In this document: positions 30,927-39,872 of the stretch, one piece after another
Position numbering within the stretch: position 1 is the first letter of the stretch
How the letters are laid out: each line of letters starts with the position of its first letter
DNA from: an uncultured Acidobacteriota bacterium
GTDB lineage: Bacteria > Acidobacteriota > Thermoanaerobaculia > Multivoradales > SZUA-115
Direction of reading: 5' to 3'
Length of the DNA: 64,000 nt
Assembly (NCBI GenBank): GCA_963805975.1
Contig: CAWDVR010000005.1
Location: 512,001 to 576,000 of the forward strand
Position numbers and translations under genes: made by a program
Notes under the pieces: model-generated
The model's input: only the letters and a program-made list of their open reading frames with translations
What the model was told of the DNA's origin: nothing
Database searches by the model: none

Positions 30927-32186
30927 ATGAGGGAGCCGGTCGTCGAAGCCAGAGGTTTGTCGAAGGTCTATCGCGTCTACACGAGCCCCTTCGACCGCCT
31001 GCGCGAGTGGCTTTCCGGCCGGCCCCGCCACCGGGCGCTGCACGCCCTGTCCGCGGTGAGCTTCGAGGTGCCGGCGGGCGAGGGCCTCGGCATCGTCGGC
31101 GAGAACGGCGCCGGCAAGTCCACCCTGCTCAAGATTCTCGCCGGCATCGTGCGCCCCACCGCCGGCGAGCTGCGGGTGCGCGGGAAAGTCGCTTCGATCC
31201 TGGAGCTCGGCTCCGGCTTCCATCCCGAGCTCACCGGCCGTCAGAACGTCTCGCTCAACGCGGCGATGCTCGGTTTGACGGCGGCGGAGACGCGAGAGCG
31301 CCTGCCGGAGATCGTCGCCTGGAGCGAGCTGGGCGATTTCATCGACCAGCCGGTCAAGACCTACTCCACGGGCATGGCCATGCGGCTGGGCTTCTCGATC
31401 GCGACCCAGGTCGACCCGGAGGTCTTGATCATCGACGAGGCGCTGTCGGTGGGCGACGGCTACTTCCAGAAGAAGTGCATGGACCGCCTGCAGGTGCTGA
31501 TCAGCCAGGACAAGACCATCCTCTTCTGCTCGCACGCCATGTACTACGTGACCGCCTTCTGCCGCCGCGCCTTGTGGCTGCGGGGCGGCGAGCCCGCGGC
31601 CCTGGGACCGGCGGACGAGGTGGTGAGGAAGTACGAGAACTTCCTCCAGGCCAAGACGGCGCGCGCGGAGGAGGTCGGTTCGGCTGCCGGGGAGGAGCCC
31701 GCGGACCACCTGCCGAGGCGTGGCGCCGAAAGCGGCAGGCGTCTGCCGGCCCGCATCGTGTCCGTGGATCTGCCGGCCGGAAAGCACTATCGCCACGACG
31801 GCTTCTGGCGGCTCGAGGTCGAATGGCAGAGCGAGGACCCGGATCTCGGTTTTCATCTGGGGGTGGGCGTCAACCGCATCGACGAGGTCGAGGTGCTGGC
31901 CTTCGGTACCCATCTCGACGGCCTGCCGCCCCATCGCGGTCAGCGCCGGTACCGCGCCGGGCTCGAGGTGCCGCGCATGCCCCTCCTCAAGGGCTCCTTC
32001 ACGCTCTATGTGTTCCTGATGGACGAGCGGGGGATGCACATCTTCGATCGCCGGATCGTGCCCGGCGCCTTCGAGGTGGCGACCGACGGCTATCGGTTGG
32101 GTCTCGTCGAGACGCCGCACCTCTGGCACCTGGACGACGGGCTGGCCGCGCCGGCGGCCCCGGTCTTCGCCGCCGCTTCCCGATAG
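30927..32186 (+). CDS. wzt: ABC polysaccharide export ATPase with C-terminal carbohydrate-binding domain
   Basis: GENGAGKST, YSTGM signature, IIDEALSVGD, SH, ~150-aa Wzt_C-like tail. Confidence 0.93.
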   Translation: MREPVVEARGLSKVYRVYTSPFDRLREWLSGRPRHRALHALSAVSFEVPAGEGLGIVGENGAGKSTLLKILAGIVRPTAGELRVRGKVASILELGSGFHPELTGRQNVSLNAAMLGLTAAETRERLPEIVAWSELGDFIDQPVKTYSTGMAMRLGFSIATQVDPEVLIIDEALSVGDGYFQKKCMDRLQVLISQDKTILFCSHAMYYVTAFCRRALWLRGGEPAALGPADEVVRKYENFLQAKTARAEEVGSAAGEEPADHLPRRGAESGRRLPARIVSVDLPAGKHYRHDGFWRLEVEWQSEDPDLGFHLGVGVNRIDEVEVLAFGTHLDGLPPHRGQRRYRAGLEVPRMPLLKGSFTLYVFLMDERGMHIFDRRIVPGAFEVATDGYRLGLVETPHLWHLDDGLAAPAAPVFAAASR

Positions 32187-32196
32187 GATAGGGACC

Positions 32197-33315
32197 GTGC
32201 CGGATCTTGCCACCAGCCTCGCCGAGAGCGAGGAGATGACGGTCGGAGAGGCGCAGCCCAGCCCTTATCTCCACACCGGCGCCGACCGGATCTACAACCC
32301 GCTCGCCGACCAGACTCTGGCGGCGGGGGATGCCGACTACGATCTCCTCCGCGGACTCCTGGACGGGTCGCTCACCGCCGACCAGCTCGCGCCCACGGCG
32401 CGCGAGCGGCTCGCCGCCGCGCACTGGATCGCCGAGCCGGGTGAGGATCTTTCCACCCGCTTCCACCTCCGCTACGTCAGCCTCGAGGCGCACACGGTCT
32501 GCAACCAGGCCTGCTACTTCTGCCCGGTGTCGGTGGCGCCGCGCGAGGACTACTTCATGCCCACCGAGGTCTACGAGGGCATCGTGGACCAGCTCGCCGC
32601 CTACCGCCACACCATCGAGGCGGTGTCGATGATCAACTACAACGAGCCCACGCTCGACCGCCGCTTCCTCGACCAGGTGCGCTGCCTCAAGGCGGCGGGC
32701 CTGCCGCCGGCGGTGCTCACCAACGGTTCGGGGCTGACCCCGGACCGGGCCGATGCCCTGGTCGAGATGGGTGGGATCAAGTACCTGTCGATCAACCTGT
32801 CGACGCTGGACCGCGACCGCTACCGCGGCGACCGCGGCGCCGATCACCTGGGCGTGGTGGCGAAGAACCTCGAGCACATGCGCGACCTGGCCGTGGCGCC
32901 CACCATGGAGATCGTCGTCCTGGGTACCGGCAACGAGGCCCACAAGCGGGACTTCGCGGAGATCACGGCGCGCTTCGCCGGCAGCCGCTTCGCGGTCAAG
33001 TACTACCAGGTCATGGACCGGGCGGGCTACATGCCGATCGGGCTCGGCCCGGCGGCCAAGCTGCGCAAGCTCTGCGGCTGCGAGAACGTGGGCTCCCGGC
33101 CGTTGCAGCACCTCCACATCACGCCGCACGGCAAGTGCGTGATGTGCTGCGAGGACTACGACGGGTACTACGAGATCGGCGACCTCACCGAGAGCTCGAT
33201 CGACGAGATCCTCACCGGGCCCGAGATCGCGCTCCTGCGGCGCTGGGTCTACGGTGTGGAGGAGGCGCCGCCGGGCTTCATCTGCCGCAAGTGCGTCTTC
33301 GCCCGCACCGAGTAG
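32197..33315 (+). CDS. Radical SAM protein with SPASM/Twitch domain
   Basis: CNQACYFC motif, NEP, TNG, C-terminal CGC...CVMCCED...IGDL...CRKC. Confidence 0.9.
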   Translation: MPDLATSLAESEEMTVGEAQPSPYLHTGADRIYNPLADQTLAAGDADYDLLRGLLDGSLTADQLAPTARERLAAAHWIAEPGEDLSTRFHLRYVSLEAHTVCNQACYFCPVSVAPREDYFMPTEVYEGIVDQLAAYRHTIEAVSMINYNEPTLDRRFLDQVRCLKAAGLPPAVLTNGSGLTPDRADALVEMGGIKYLSINLSTLDRDRYRGDRGADHLGVVAKNLEHMRDLAVAPTMEIVVLGTGNEAHKRDFAEITARFAGSRFAVKYYQVMDRAGYMPIGLGPAAKLRKLCGCENVGSRPLQHLHITPHGKCVMCCEDYDGYYEIGDLTESSIDEILTGPEIALLRRWVYGVEEAPPGFICRKCVFARTE

Positions 33316-33325
33316 CGGCGGCGCC

Positions 33326-34366
33326 ATGCCGCGCGTTTCCCTCCTTCTCGTCACCTACCGCTCGGCACCCCAGGCGGCCGGAGCCATCTCCTCGTTGCGG
33401 CGTGAGGCCGCTGCCGCCGGCGTGAGCGCCGAGGTCGTGATCGTCGATCATTCCGAGTCGCGGGCAGAAGAGCAGCGCCTGTCGGCGCTCGCGCCGGACC
33501 ACCTCCTGCCGCGACCCAACCGCGGTTACGCCGCGGGCCTGAACGCGGGGATCGAGGCCGCCTCGGGCGAGGTGCTGCTGCTCGCCAACCCGGACATCGA
33601 GCTCCTTCCGGGCTCGCTCGCTGCGCTCCTCGCCGCGCTCGCGGCCGGCTGGCGGGTAGTAGGTCCCCAGTTTCAGCTCGGCCCCTTTCTTTTCCCACCG
33701 GCCGACCTCCAGACGCCGGGTGAGGAGCTGCGGCGCTGGCTCGCGGCGCGCTCGGCCTCTGCCTGGAGCCGCCACCTGCGCCGCGAGGTGCGTCGCTGGC
33801 GCCGCGCCTGGCGCGCGCCCGCACCGAGCGCTGTGCCCACCCTCTCCGGCGCGCTGGTGGCCGCCCCGCGCGAGACCTGTGAGCGCCTGGGGCCCTGGGA
33901 CGAAGGCTACTTCCTCTACTTCGAGGAGACCGACTGGCTGCGCCGCGCGCAACGCCTGGGCCTCGGCGTGGGGTTGGTGCCGGCCGCTCGGGTAAGGCAC
34001 CGCTGGGGCCACGCGGCGCGGCCGGACGAGCAGGGCCAGACCTTCGACCTGTCGCGGCAGCGCTACTTCGGGCGCCACTTCGGCCTCGCGGGCCGGCTCG
34101 TCACCCGCCTGCCCTCGCGCGCAGCCCCTGACCCGGCGCCGGTCTTCGCGACGGGAGCCCTACCCACGGCCCCTGGGCTGCTCTGGCTCCTCTCACCCTC
34201 ACCGCTGGGCTATCCCGCCGCGGGCCTCCAAGGTGTCTCCGCCGAAGAGATCCCCGCCGCCCTCGCCGCCTTCACGGCCGAGCGCAGCCACACGGGGCCG
34301 CTGACGCTCTCGGCCTACGACGTGGACCGTGAGGCGGTCGTGGGGCGCTGGAGCGTGAGCGGGTGA
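33326..34366 (+). CDS. GT2 glycosyltransferase (rhamnosyltransferase-like)
   Basis: LVTYRS, NRGYAAGLN, NPD, WDEGYFLYFEETD. Confidence 0.88.
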   Translation: MPRVSLLLVTYRSAPQAAGAISSLRREAAAAGVSAEVVIVDHSESRAEEQRLSALAPDHLLPRPNRGYAAGLNAGIEAASGEVLLLANPDIELLPGSLAALLAALAAGWRVVGPQFQLGPFLFPPADLQTPGEELRRWLAARSASAWSRHLRREVRRWRRAWRAPAPSAVPTLSGALVAAPRETCERLGPWDEGYFLYFEETDWLRRAQRLGLGVGLVPAARVRHRWGHAARPDEQGQTFDLSRQRYFGRHFGLAGRLVTRLPSRAAPDPAPVFATGALPTAPGLLWLLSPSPLGYPAAGLQGVSAEEIPAALAAFTAERSHTGPLTLSAYDVDREAVVGRWSVSG

Positions 34367-35208
34367 GACTTCCTCGCGTAGGGCCGGGTCCGGGCCTCAC
34401 CGCCCTGTGCCTGAGCGTAGGGCTCATGGCCTGCCAGCCTGGACCGGTTCCTCCGCGTCTCTCGGCGAAAGACCTGTGCTCGCTCGACGGCGTGACACCC
34501 GAAGTGATCCTGGTCGGCGAAGCCGATGCCTCCGAGTGGCACGGCAGGTTCGATCTGCCGGACCTGCCACACCTTTGGCAGCCGGCCGAGCCCGACGAGA
34601 TCATCTCGGACTTCCGCAAGGCCGTTCGAGCGCGGCTTGGCACGGATGTCGACGCGCGCGCGTTGATCGAGCGGCAGCGTGCGATTTTCGCCACGATGCC
34701 GGCAGAGTGGCGCGGCGAGGCCACCAACGCCACGCTGCTCCTGGAGGGTCGGGCCGGTACCATCACCCCCATCGGTTGCCTCGAGGCGATGCTCTGGAAG
34801 TGGCAGGCAGCCCGGTATCCCATGCTCGAGAACCCGACCGAGTTCGGTGCCTTCGTCCTGCGAGGCCAGGGGCGAGTCCGCGTGTACCTGTCGAGCGCCG
34901 ACCTGGTCGGCCAGAGAGTTCGCGACGAGGTCACGGAGCTCGTGCAGGCCGATGCTGTCGCCGGTTTCCAGCTCCTGGCCCACCTCCACAACCATCCGTT
35001 CCTGTTCGACCGTCAGGTGGGGGACCGCATGTGGACGGTGGAGGGCACCCAGGAAGACGTCGCCGGCGCGCTCGCACCAAGCATGACCGACGTCCAGTTC
35101 TACCGGAACCTCCGCGACAGCCACGGTCTCGAGGAAGCGTGGGTGACGAACGGTCTCGAGACCTCGCGCTTCGACGCCGGCGAGCTCGACACGCTGGCGG
35201 CGCGATGA
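34363..35208 (+). CDS. Hypothetical lipoprotein with JAB/MPN-like motif
   Basis: LMAC lipobox; EFGAFVL ... HLHNHPF ... PSMTD. Confidence 0.65.
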   Translation: MRLPRVGPGPGLTALCLSVGLMACQPGPVPPRLSAKDLCSLDGVTPEVILVGEADASEWHGRFDLPDLPHLWQPAEPDEIISDFRKAVRARLGTDVDARALIERQRAIFATMPAEWRGEATNATLLLEGRAGTITPIGCLEAMLWKWQAARYPMLENPTEFGAFVLRGQGRVRVYLSSADLVGQRVRDEVTELVQADAVAGFQLLAHLHNHPFLFDRQVGDRMWTVEGTQEDVAGALAPSMTDVQFYRNLRDSHGLEEAWVTNGLETSRFDAGELDTLAAR

Positions 35209-35229
35209 AGCCGGGTTCGAACCGTTCCG

Positions 35230-36384
35230 CTATCGCGGCTCTACGGTTTCCGCTGGCAGGAACATCTCCGCCACGGCATACGCCTGTTCGGAAAAGGCAG
35301 TGAAGGGCTGGAAGGTGAGGTTGCCCTGGATCGAGACCACCAGGCCGGCTTCGGGCAGGAGCACGAAGAAGGACATCGCACCGTTGGCGACGCCGCCGTG
35401 GTGGACGACGCGTAGCTCGCGCCCGCTCGCGGAGATCTTCCGCCGCCCGCTGCGCCAACCCATGGCGTAGCCCTCGCCATTGTCCGTGCCGTCCGCGAGC
35501 TTCTGGGGCGTCGTCAGGAGGTGGAAGGTCTCCGGCTTGACCACTCTCCCGGCGAGCACGGCATTGCCCAGCCGCACCATCTCGGTGGGTGTCGAAACGA
35601 AGCCACCCGCTGCCCACTTGTTGCTCACATCGGTCGCCGGCGCCTTCATCGGCGCCCCGATGAACCCCGCGATGTAGCTGGTGACGAGCCCGGGCGCCGG
35701 GGCCGCCTGCCGATTCGGTCCGGTGTGATCGAGACCCAGCGGCACAACGATCCGCTCGTTCACGAACGAGAGGAAGTCGCGCCCGGAGGCGCCCTCGATG
35801 GCCGCCGAGAGCAGCACGAAGTTGTAGGCCGAGTAGGCGTACTTCGTGCCGGGCTCGAAGCGCAGCGGATCGTCCCGGAAGACCCCGACCGCCTCCTGGA
35901 TCGAGCGAAACTCCCGCGTGTTCGTGTACTCGCCCGCCGCCATGTCGTAGTCCCGCAGGCCCGCCAGGTGCCCGGCGAGGAGGCGCGCGGTGAGCGCGTG
36001 GCCCTTGGCAGGGAAGTACGGCACGTAGGTCTGGATCGGTGCGTCGAGATCGAGCTTGCCCTCTTCGACGAGCTTGCCGAGCGCGAGCGAGGTCAAGACC
36101 TTCGACGTGCTGCCGAGCGGGAAGACGGACTCCGCCGTCACCGGCGTCGCGGCCTCCAGGTCGGACACACCGAAGGCCTGGGCCCACACCAGCCGGTCGT
36201 GTTGTCCGACCGCGATCGAGAGGCCAGGAATGCGCCGCTCCGCCATGAACGCGCGGAGCTGGTCCGCGGCACGCTGGGTGACAAGGGTTGTGGGCGGCGG
36301 CGTGACCGGCGGCGCCGCAGTCTGGGCGAGGACGGGCAGGGAGCAGAAAACGAGGAGCAGCGGAGCCATCCATGAAACGCGCAT
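35230..36384 (-). CDS. Serine hydrolase, beta-lactamase class C/PBP-like family
   Basis: Signal peptide, LGSTSK (SxxK), YAYSAYNF, AAGG, HHGG. Confidence 0.88.
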   Translation of the reverse strand: MRVSWMAPLLLVFCSLPVLAQTAAPPVTPPPTTLVTQRAADQLRAFMAERRIPGLSIAVGQHDRLVWAQAFGVSDLEAATPVTAESVFPLGSTSKVLTSLALGKLVEEGKLDLDAPIQTYVPYFPAKGHALTARLLAGHLAGLRDYDMAAGEYTNTREFRSIQEAVGVFRDDPLRFEPGTKYAYSAYNFVLLSAAIEGASGRDFLSFVNERIVVPLGLDHTGPNRQAAPAPGLVTSYIAGFIGAPMKAPATDVSNKWAAGGFVSTPTEMVRLGNAVLAGRVVKPETFHLLTTPQKLADGTDNGEGYAMGWRSGRRKISASGRELRVVHHGGVANGAMSFFVLLPEAGLVVSIQGNLTFQPFTAFSEQAYAVAEMFLPAETVEPR

Positions 36385-36389
36385 GGCCC

Positions 36390-37391
36390 CTACAACCCCT
36401 CCGCCCCAAACGCCGCCTCCACCCGGTCCAGCACCCGGTCGCGGCTGAACTCCTTGACGCAAGCAAAGCCGGCCTCTGCCAGGGCTCGCCGGCGCTCGGG
36501 GTCGGCCAGCGCAGCGACAATGGGCACCAGGGCCTCGGGCTCGCCGGGTGGGAAGCGGAGAAGGGCGTCGTCGGGGAGGACTTCGAGCGGGCGGATGCGC
36601 GAGGCCGCCACGGGCACGCCGCAGGCCATGGCTTCGAGGACCGGCAGCGAGAAGCCCTCTTCGTCGTAGGGCGGGTTGATGAGGGCGTCGAGGCGGTGGT
36701 AGAAGGCCGGCATCTCGGCGGTCGGCAGGTGGTGCCAGAAGTGGTCGGTGACGCCCAGGGCGCGCTCCTCGTCGGAGAACGGATCGGTCGAGGCGCGGTG
36801 TACCGCGAGCTCGTATCCGGCCTGCCGCGCCAGTGCCAGGCCCCGGAGCGCCTCGGGCACGCCCTTGGAGCGGACGCCGAAGGAGCCGACGATCCCCAGC
36901 GCCAGAGTCTGGCTCTCGCCGCGAGCCGGCCCGGGCACGAAGAGATCCTGGTCCACGAACTCGCCGATGAAGTGGCAGCGGCAGTCGTAGCGCTCGGCGA
37001 GGAGCGCTTCGAGATGCCGCGACACGAGGAGCTTGGGCACCGGCAGCCGGTAGACGGCGTCGATGGCCGGCAGCCTCTCCTCGTACTCGCGGTGCACCCC
37101 TTCCCAGCCCTGACAGAGGTGGAACACGCGCCGGGCGCCGGAGGCGAGAGCCGGTTGCAGGGTCGGGTAGAAGGTGCCGATGGCCACGTCGGCGCGCGGG
37201 ATGGCGCCGGGCTCGAAGATGGGCACCTGCTCGCAGGGCACCCGCACCGGGTGCCAGGCGGGCGGCGGCTCGGGGCTCACCACGCGCACGCCGTAGCCGC
37301 GGCCCTGAAGGCCCTCGGCGAGCTCGAAGACGATGCGGTTGCCGCCGTGGAGCGAGGTGGCGGGCAGCACGAAGACGACGCTCGGTCGCAT
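36390..37391 (-). CDS. GT4 glycosyltransferase
   Basis: HGGNRIVFELA, EGFSLPVLEAMACG. Confidence 0.9.
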   Translation of the reverse strand: MRPSVVFVLPATSLHGGNRIVFELAEGLQGRGYGVRVVSPEPPPAWHPVRVPCEQVPIFEPGAIPRADVAIGTFYPTLQPALASGARRVFHLCQGWEGVHREYEERLPAIDAVYRLPVPKLLVSRHLEALLAERYDCRCHFIGEFVDQDLFVPGPARGESQTLALGIVGSFGVRSKGVPEALRGLALARQAGYELAVHRASTDPFSDEERALGVTDHFWHHLPTAEMPAFYHRLDALINPPYDEEGFSLPVLEAMACGVPVAASRIRPLEVLPDDALLRFPPGEPEALVPIVAALADPERRRALAEAGFACVKEFSRDRVLDRVEAAFGAEGL

Positions 37392-37413
37392 CGAGACGCT
37401 CGGCGGGCCGGCC

Positions 37414-38112
37414 CTACCAGTCCCCGTCGTGCCGCTTCAGGAACACGGTGTCGTGCGGCGCCGACTTCTCTTCTTCCGGCCGGCCGTTCGTGTAGTAGTA
37501 GAACGAGACCGACTTGCGGCTCGTGCCGGCAGGGCAGGAGAGCGGCGTGGGATGGCCGTGGTACGAGCGGTCGGTGGTGCTGAACACCACCGTGCGGTTG
37601 AACAGCGGCAGGATCTTGCGCACGGCACCCTGCATCGCTTCGTCCCACAGCTCTAGGTGGCCGCCGTACTCCTCGCGCCAGTCGCGGTTCAGGTACACCA
37701 GCACGTTGAGCCGCCGGTCGAGGCGCAGCTTGGGATGCCAGTTGAAGTCGGCGTGCATCTTCAGGAAACCGCCGGGCAGGATCTGGTGCGGCCCGCCGCC
37801 GCCGAAGTAGGGGTCCGGGATCAGGCCGTCGATGCCGGTCAGCTCCTCGAGGAAGGCGAGCACCGGCGGCGAGCTCATCGCCTGCATGAAGGCCATCACC
37901 CGGGGGCCCACCGGGTTGCCGTGCCGGTAGCCCAGCTTCTTCTCCTGCGGGTTGTCGAACACCGCCCAGTCGACCGCGTCGGGACGCGGGAACTCGGCCA
38001 GCACGACGTCGAGATCGGCGTCGGCGAACAGGCCGTCGATGGCGATGTGGGGGAAGGGCTCGGCGCCGGCGTACTCGGCGGAGAGGGTCTTGGGGTCCGC
38101 GTTGAGATTCAT
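37414..38112 (-). CDS. 2OG-Fe(II) oxygenase
   Basis: LIPDPYFGGGG, HAD, YLN, GGHLELW, PLFNR, HGH, RKS. Confidence 0.9.
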   Translation of the reverse strand: MNLNADPKTLSAEYAGAEPFPHIAIDGLFADADLDVVLAEFPRPDAVDWAVFDNPQEKKLGYRHGNPVGPRVMAFMQAMSSPPVLAFLEELTGIDGLIPDPYFGGGGPHQILPGGFLKMHADFNWHPKLRLDRRLNVLVYLNRDWREEYGGHLELWDEAMQGAVRKILPLFNRTVVFSTTDRSYHGHPTPLSCPAGTSRKSVSFYYYTNGRPEEEKSAPHDTVFLKRHDGDW

Positions 38113-38211
38113 AGTGGAGAGGACCGCCGGGGGAGAGGTGAGCGAGGCGGACGGGCGAGTCTAGCCCCGCGCCGCGAGAGGGGTCAACCGCGGTAGGTAC
38201 AATACCGCCCC

Positions 38212-38928
38212 GTGGTCCCAGCACTGTCCGTGGTGATCCCCGCGTATCGGGAAGAGCATCGCCTGCCGGCGACGCTCGACCGCGTGCTCGCCTATCTCGA
38301 GGCGCGGGGCCTTCCTTTCGAGATCCTGGTGGTCGACGACGGCTCGCCGGACCGAACGGCGGAGATCGCCCGCTCGTATGAAGCGCGAGGCGTGACCCTT
38401 CTCTCGCAGCCCCAGAACCGCGGCAAGGGAGCGGCCGTCAAGCGCGGCGTCCTCGCCTCGCGTGGCGTCCTCGTGCTGCTCACGGACGCCGACCTCTCGA
38501 CGCCGATCGAGGACGTGGAGCGCCTTGAGCGCGAGGTGGGGGAGGCACCGCTGGTGCTCGGCAGCCGCGCCCTCGAGAGCTCGGAGATCACGCACCGCCA
38601 GCCGTTCTACCGCGAGGCCATGGGCAAGACCTTCAACTGGATCCTGCGCCGCCTCGGCCTGGTGCACATGCGCGACACGCAGTGCGGCTTCAAGCTCCTG
38701 GCTGGCGACGAGGCGCGCCGGCTGTTCTCGGAGCTCACCATCGACCGCTTCGCCTACGACGTGGAGCTGGTGCTGCTCGCCCAGGAGCACGGCCTCGCCG
38801 TGCGCGAGGTGGGCGTGCGCTGGGCCGACTCGTCGGCCTCGCGCGTCGACCCTGTCGCCGACTCGGCGCGCATGCTGTGGGACGTGCTGCGCCTCGCCCG
38901 CCGGCGCCGGGAGATGAAGCGCAGATGA
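38212..38928 (+). CDS. Polyprenyl/dolichyl-phosphate glycosyltransferase-like GT2
   Basis: VVDDGS, NRGKGAAV, DADLS, DTQCGFK, FAYDVE. Confidence 0.9.
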   Translation: MVPALSVVIPAYREEHRLPATLDRVLAYLEARGLPFEILVVDDGSPDRTAEIARSYEARGVTLLSQPQNRGKGAAVKRGVLASRGVLVLLTDADLSTPIEDVERLEREVGEAPLVLGSRALESSEITHRQPFYREAMGKTFNWILRRLGLVHMRDTQCGFKLLAGDEARRLFSELTIDRFAYDVELVLLAQEHGLAVREVGVRWADSSASRVDPVADSARMLWDVLRLARRRREMKRR

Positions 38929-39872
38929 GCCAGCTCCGCCCCACCGAGGAGGGCGATCTCGCCCGGCTCTCCGACCTCTACAAGGAGCGCTTCGGCCATC
39001 CGCTGACCGCGGAGGAATGGCGCTGGAAATACCGCGCCCTGCCGGGAGAGGCCGAGAGCGTCGTGGCGGTGGACGACGCCGGCCGCGTGGTGGCCCATGC
39101 CGGCGCCCTGAAGCTGCCGGCGCGCTGGGCCGGGGGCGAGGGCGGGATCTGGCAGTTGACGGACTTTCTCGGCTCGACCCGCGGCGCGGGCCTGAAGGCG
39201 CCGCTGGTCAGCCTCGGGCGCTCCCTGCTGGAACGGCTGGGAGAGGCCAGCCAGGCGCCGTGGATCTTCGGCTTTCCCAGCGAGCGCCACTTCCAGCTCG
39301 GCGAGCGGGTGTTCGGCTACGGCCCGCTGGCCGAGGTCACGGAGCTCGCCGGGGACGTGTACCAGGCGGCGGCGCTGGCCGGGCGGGCGGAGGTGGCGCT
39401 CGAGGTCGGCGACCGCGGCGGGGACTGGGTGGAGGAGATCTGGGAAGCCTGCGGCCCGCCCGGGGCGGCCCCGCTGGGGGTGCGGCGCAGCGCGGCCTTC
39501 CTCGACTGGCGCTACTGGGCCCGGCCGGGGCGCTACTACCGCTTCTACCGCGTGCGCGGCGAGGGCGGCGACGGCCTGGCGGTGTTCGCCTTCGTGGGCT
39601 CGGAGGCGCTGGCCGCCGAGCTGTGGCTGCCCGCCGGCCGGGGCCTGGCCTCCGCGCTGCCGGCGATCGCCGGCGACCTGGTGGCGACCGGGCTCGAGCG
39701 CTGGCGCTTCTGGCCGCCGCCCCCGGGCGGCGAGCCGGGAGCTCTGGACGGCCTCGGGCTGGCGCCCCGCGCCCAGGTGTTCATCGGCTGCCGGGGTCGC
39801 GAGGGCGCTGGCAGCCCGGCGCCCTCTGCGGAGGGCTTCTTCTTCGCCATGGGCGACCATGACATCACCTAG
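38925..39872 (+). CDS. GNAT-like acyltransferase
   Basis: LRP..EGDL, WRWKY, FGFPS, RSAAFLDWRY pattern of two-domain GNAT-like proteins; ATGA overlap with upstream gene. Confidence 0.7.
   Translation: MSQLRPTEEGDLARLSDLYKERFGHPLTAEEWRWKYRALPGEAESVVAVDDAGRVVAHAGALKLPARWAGGEGGIWQLTDFLGSTRGAGLKAPLVSLGRSLLERLGEASQAPWIFGFPSERHFQLGERVFGYGPLAEVTELAGDVYQAAALAGRAEVALEVGDRGGDWVEEIWEACGPPGAAPLGVRRSAAFLDWRYWARPGRYYRFYRVRGEGGDGLAVFAFVGSEALAAELWLPAGRGLASALPAIAGDLVATGLERWRFWPPPPGGEPGALDGLGLAPRAQVFIGCRGREGAGSPAPSAEGFFFAMGDHDIT

Noticed and set aside
32197-33315. Radical SAM as anaerobic sulfatase maturase
   Set aside because: Both sulfatase-like proteins have Thr rather than Cys/Ser, and the C-terminus has too few Cys for a full anSME SPASM domain
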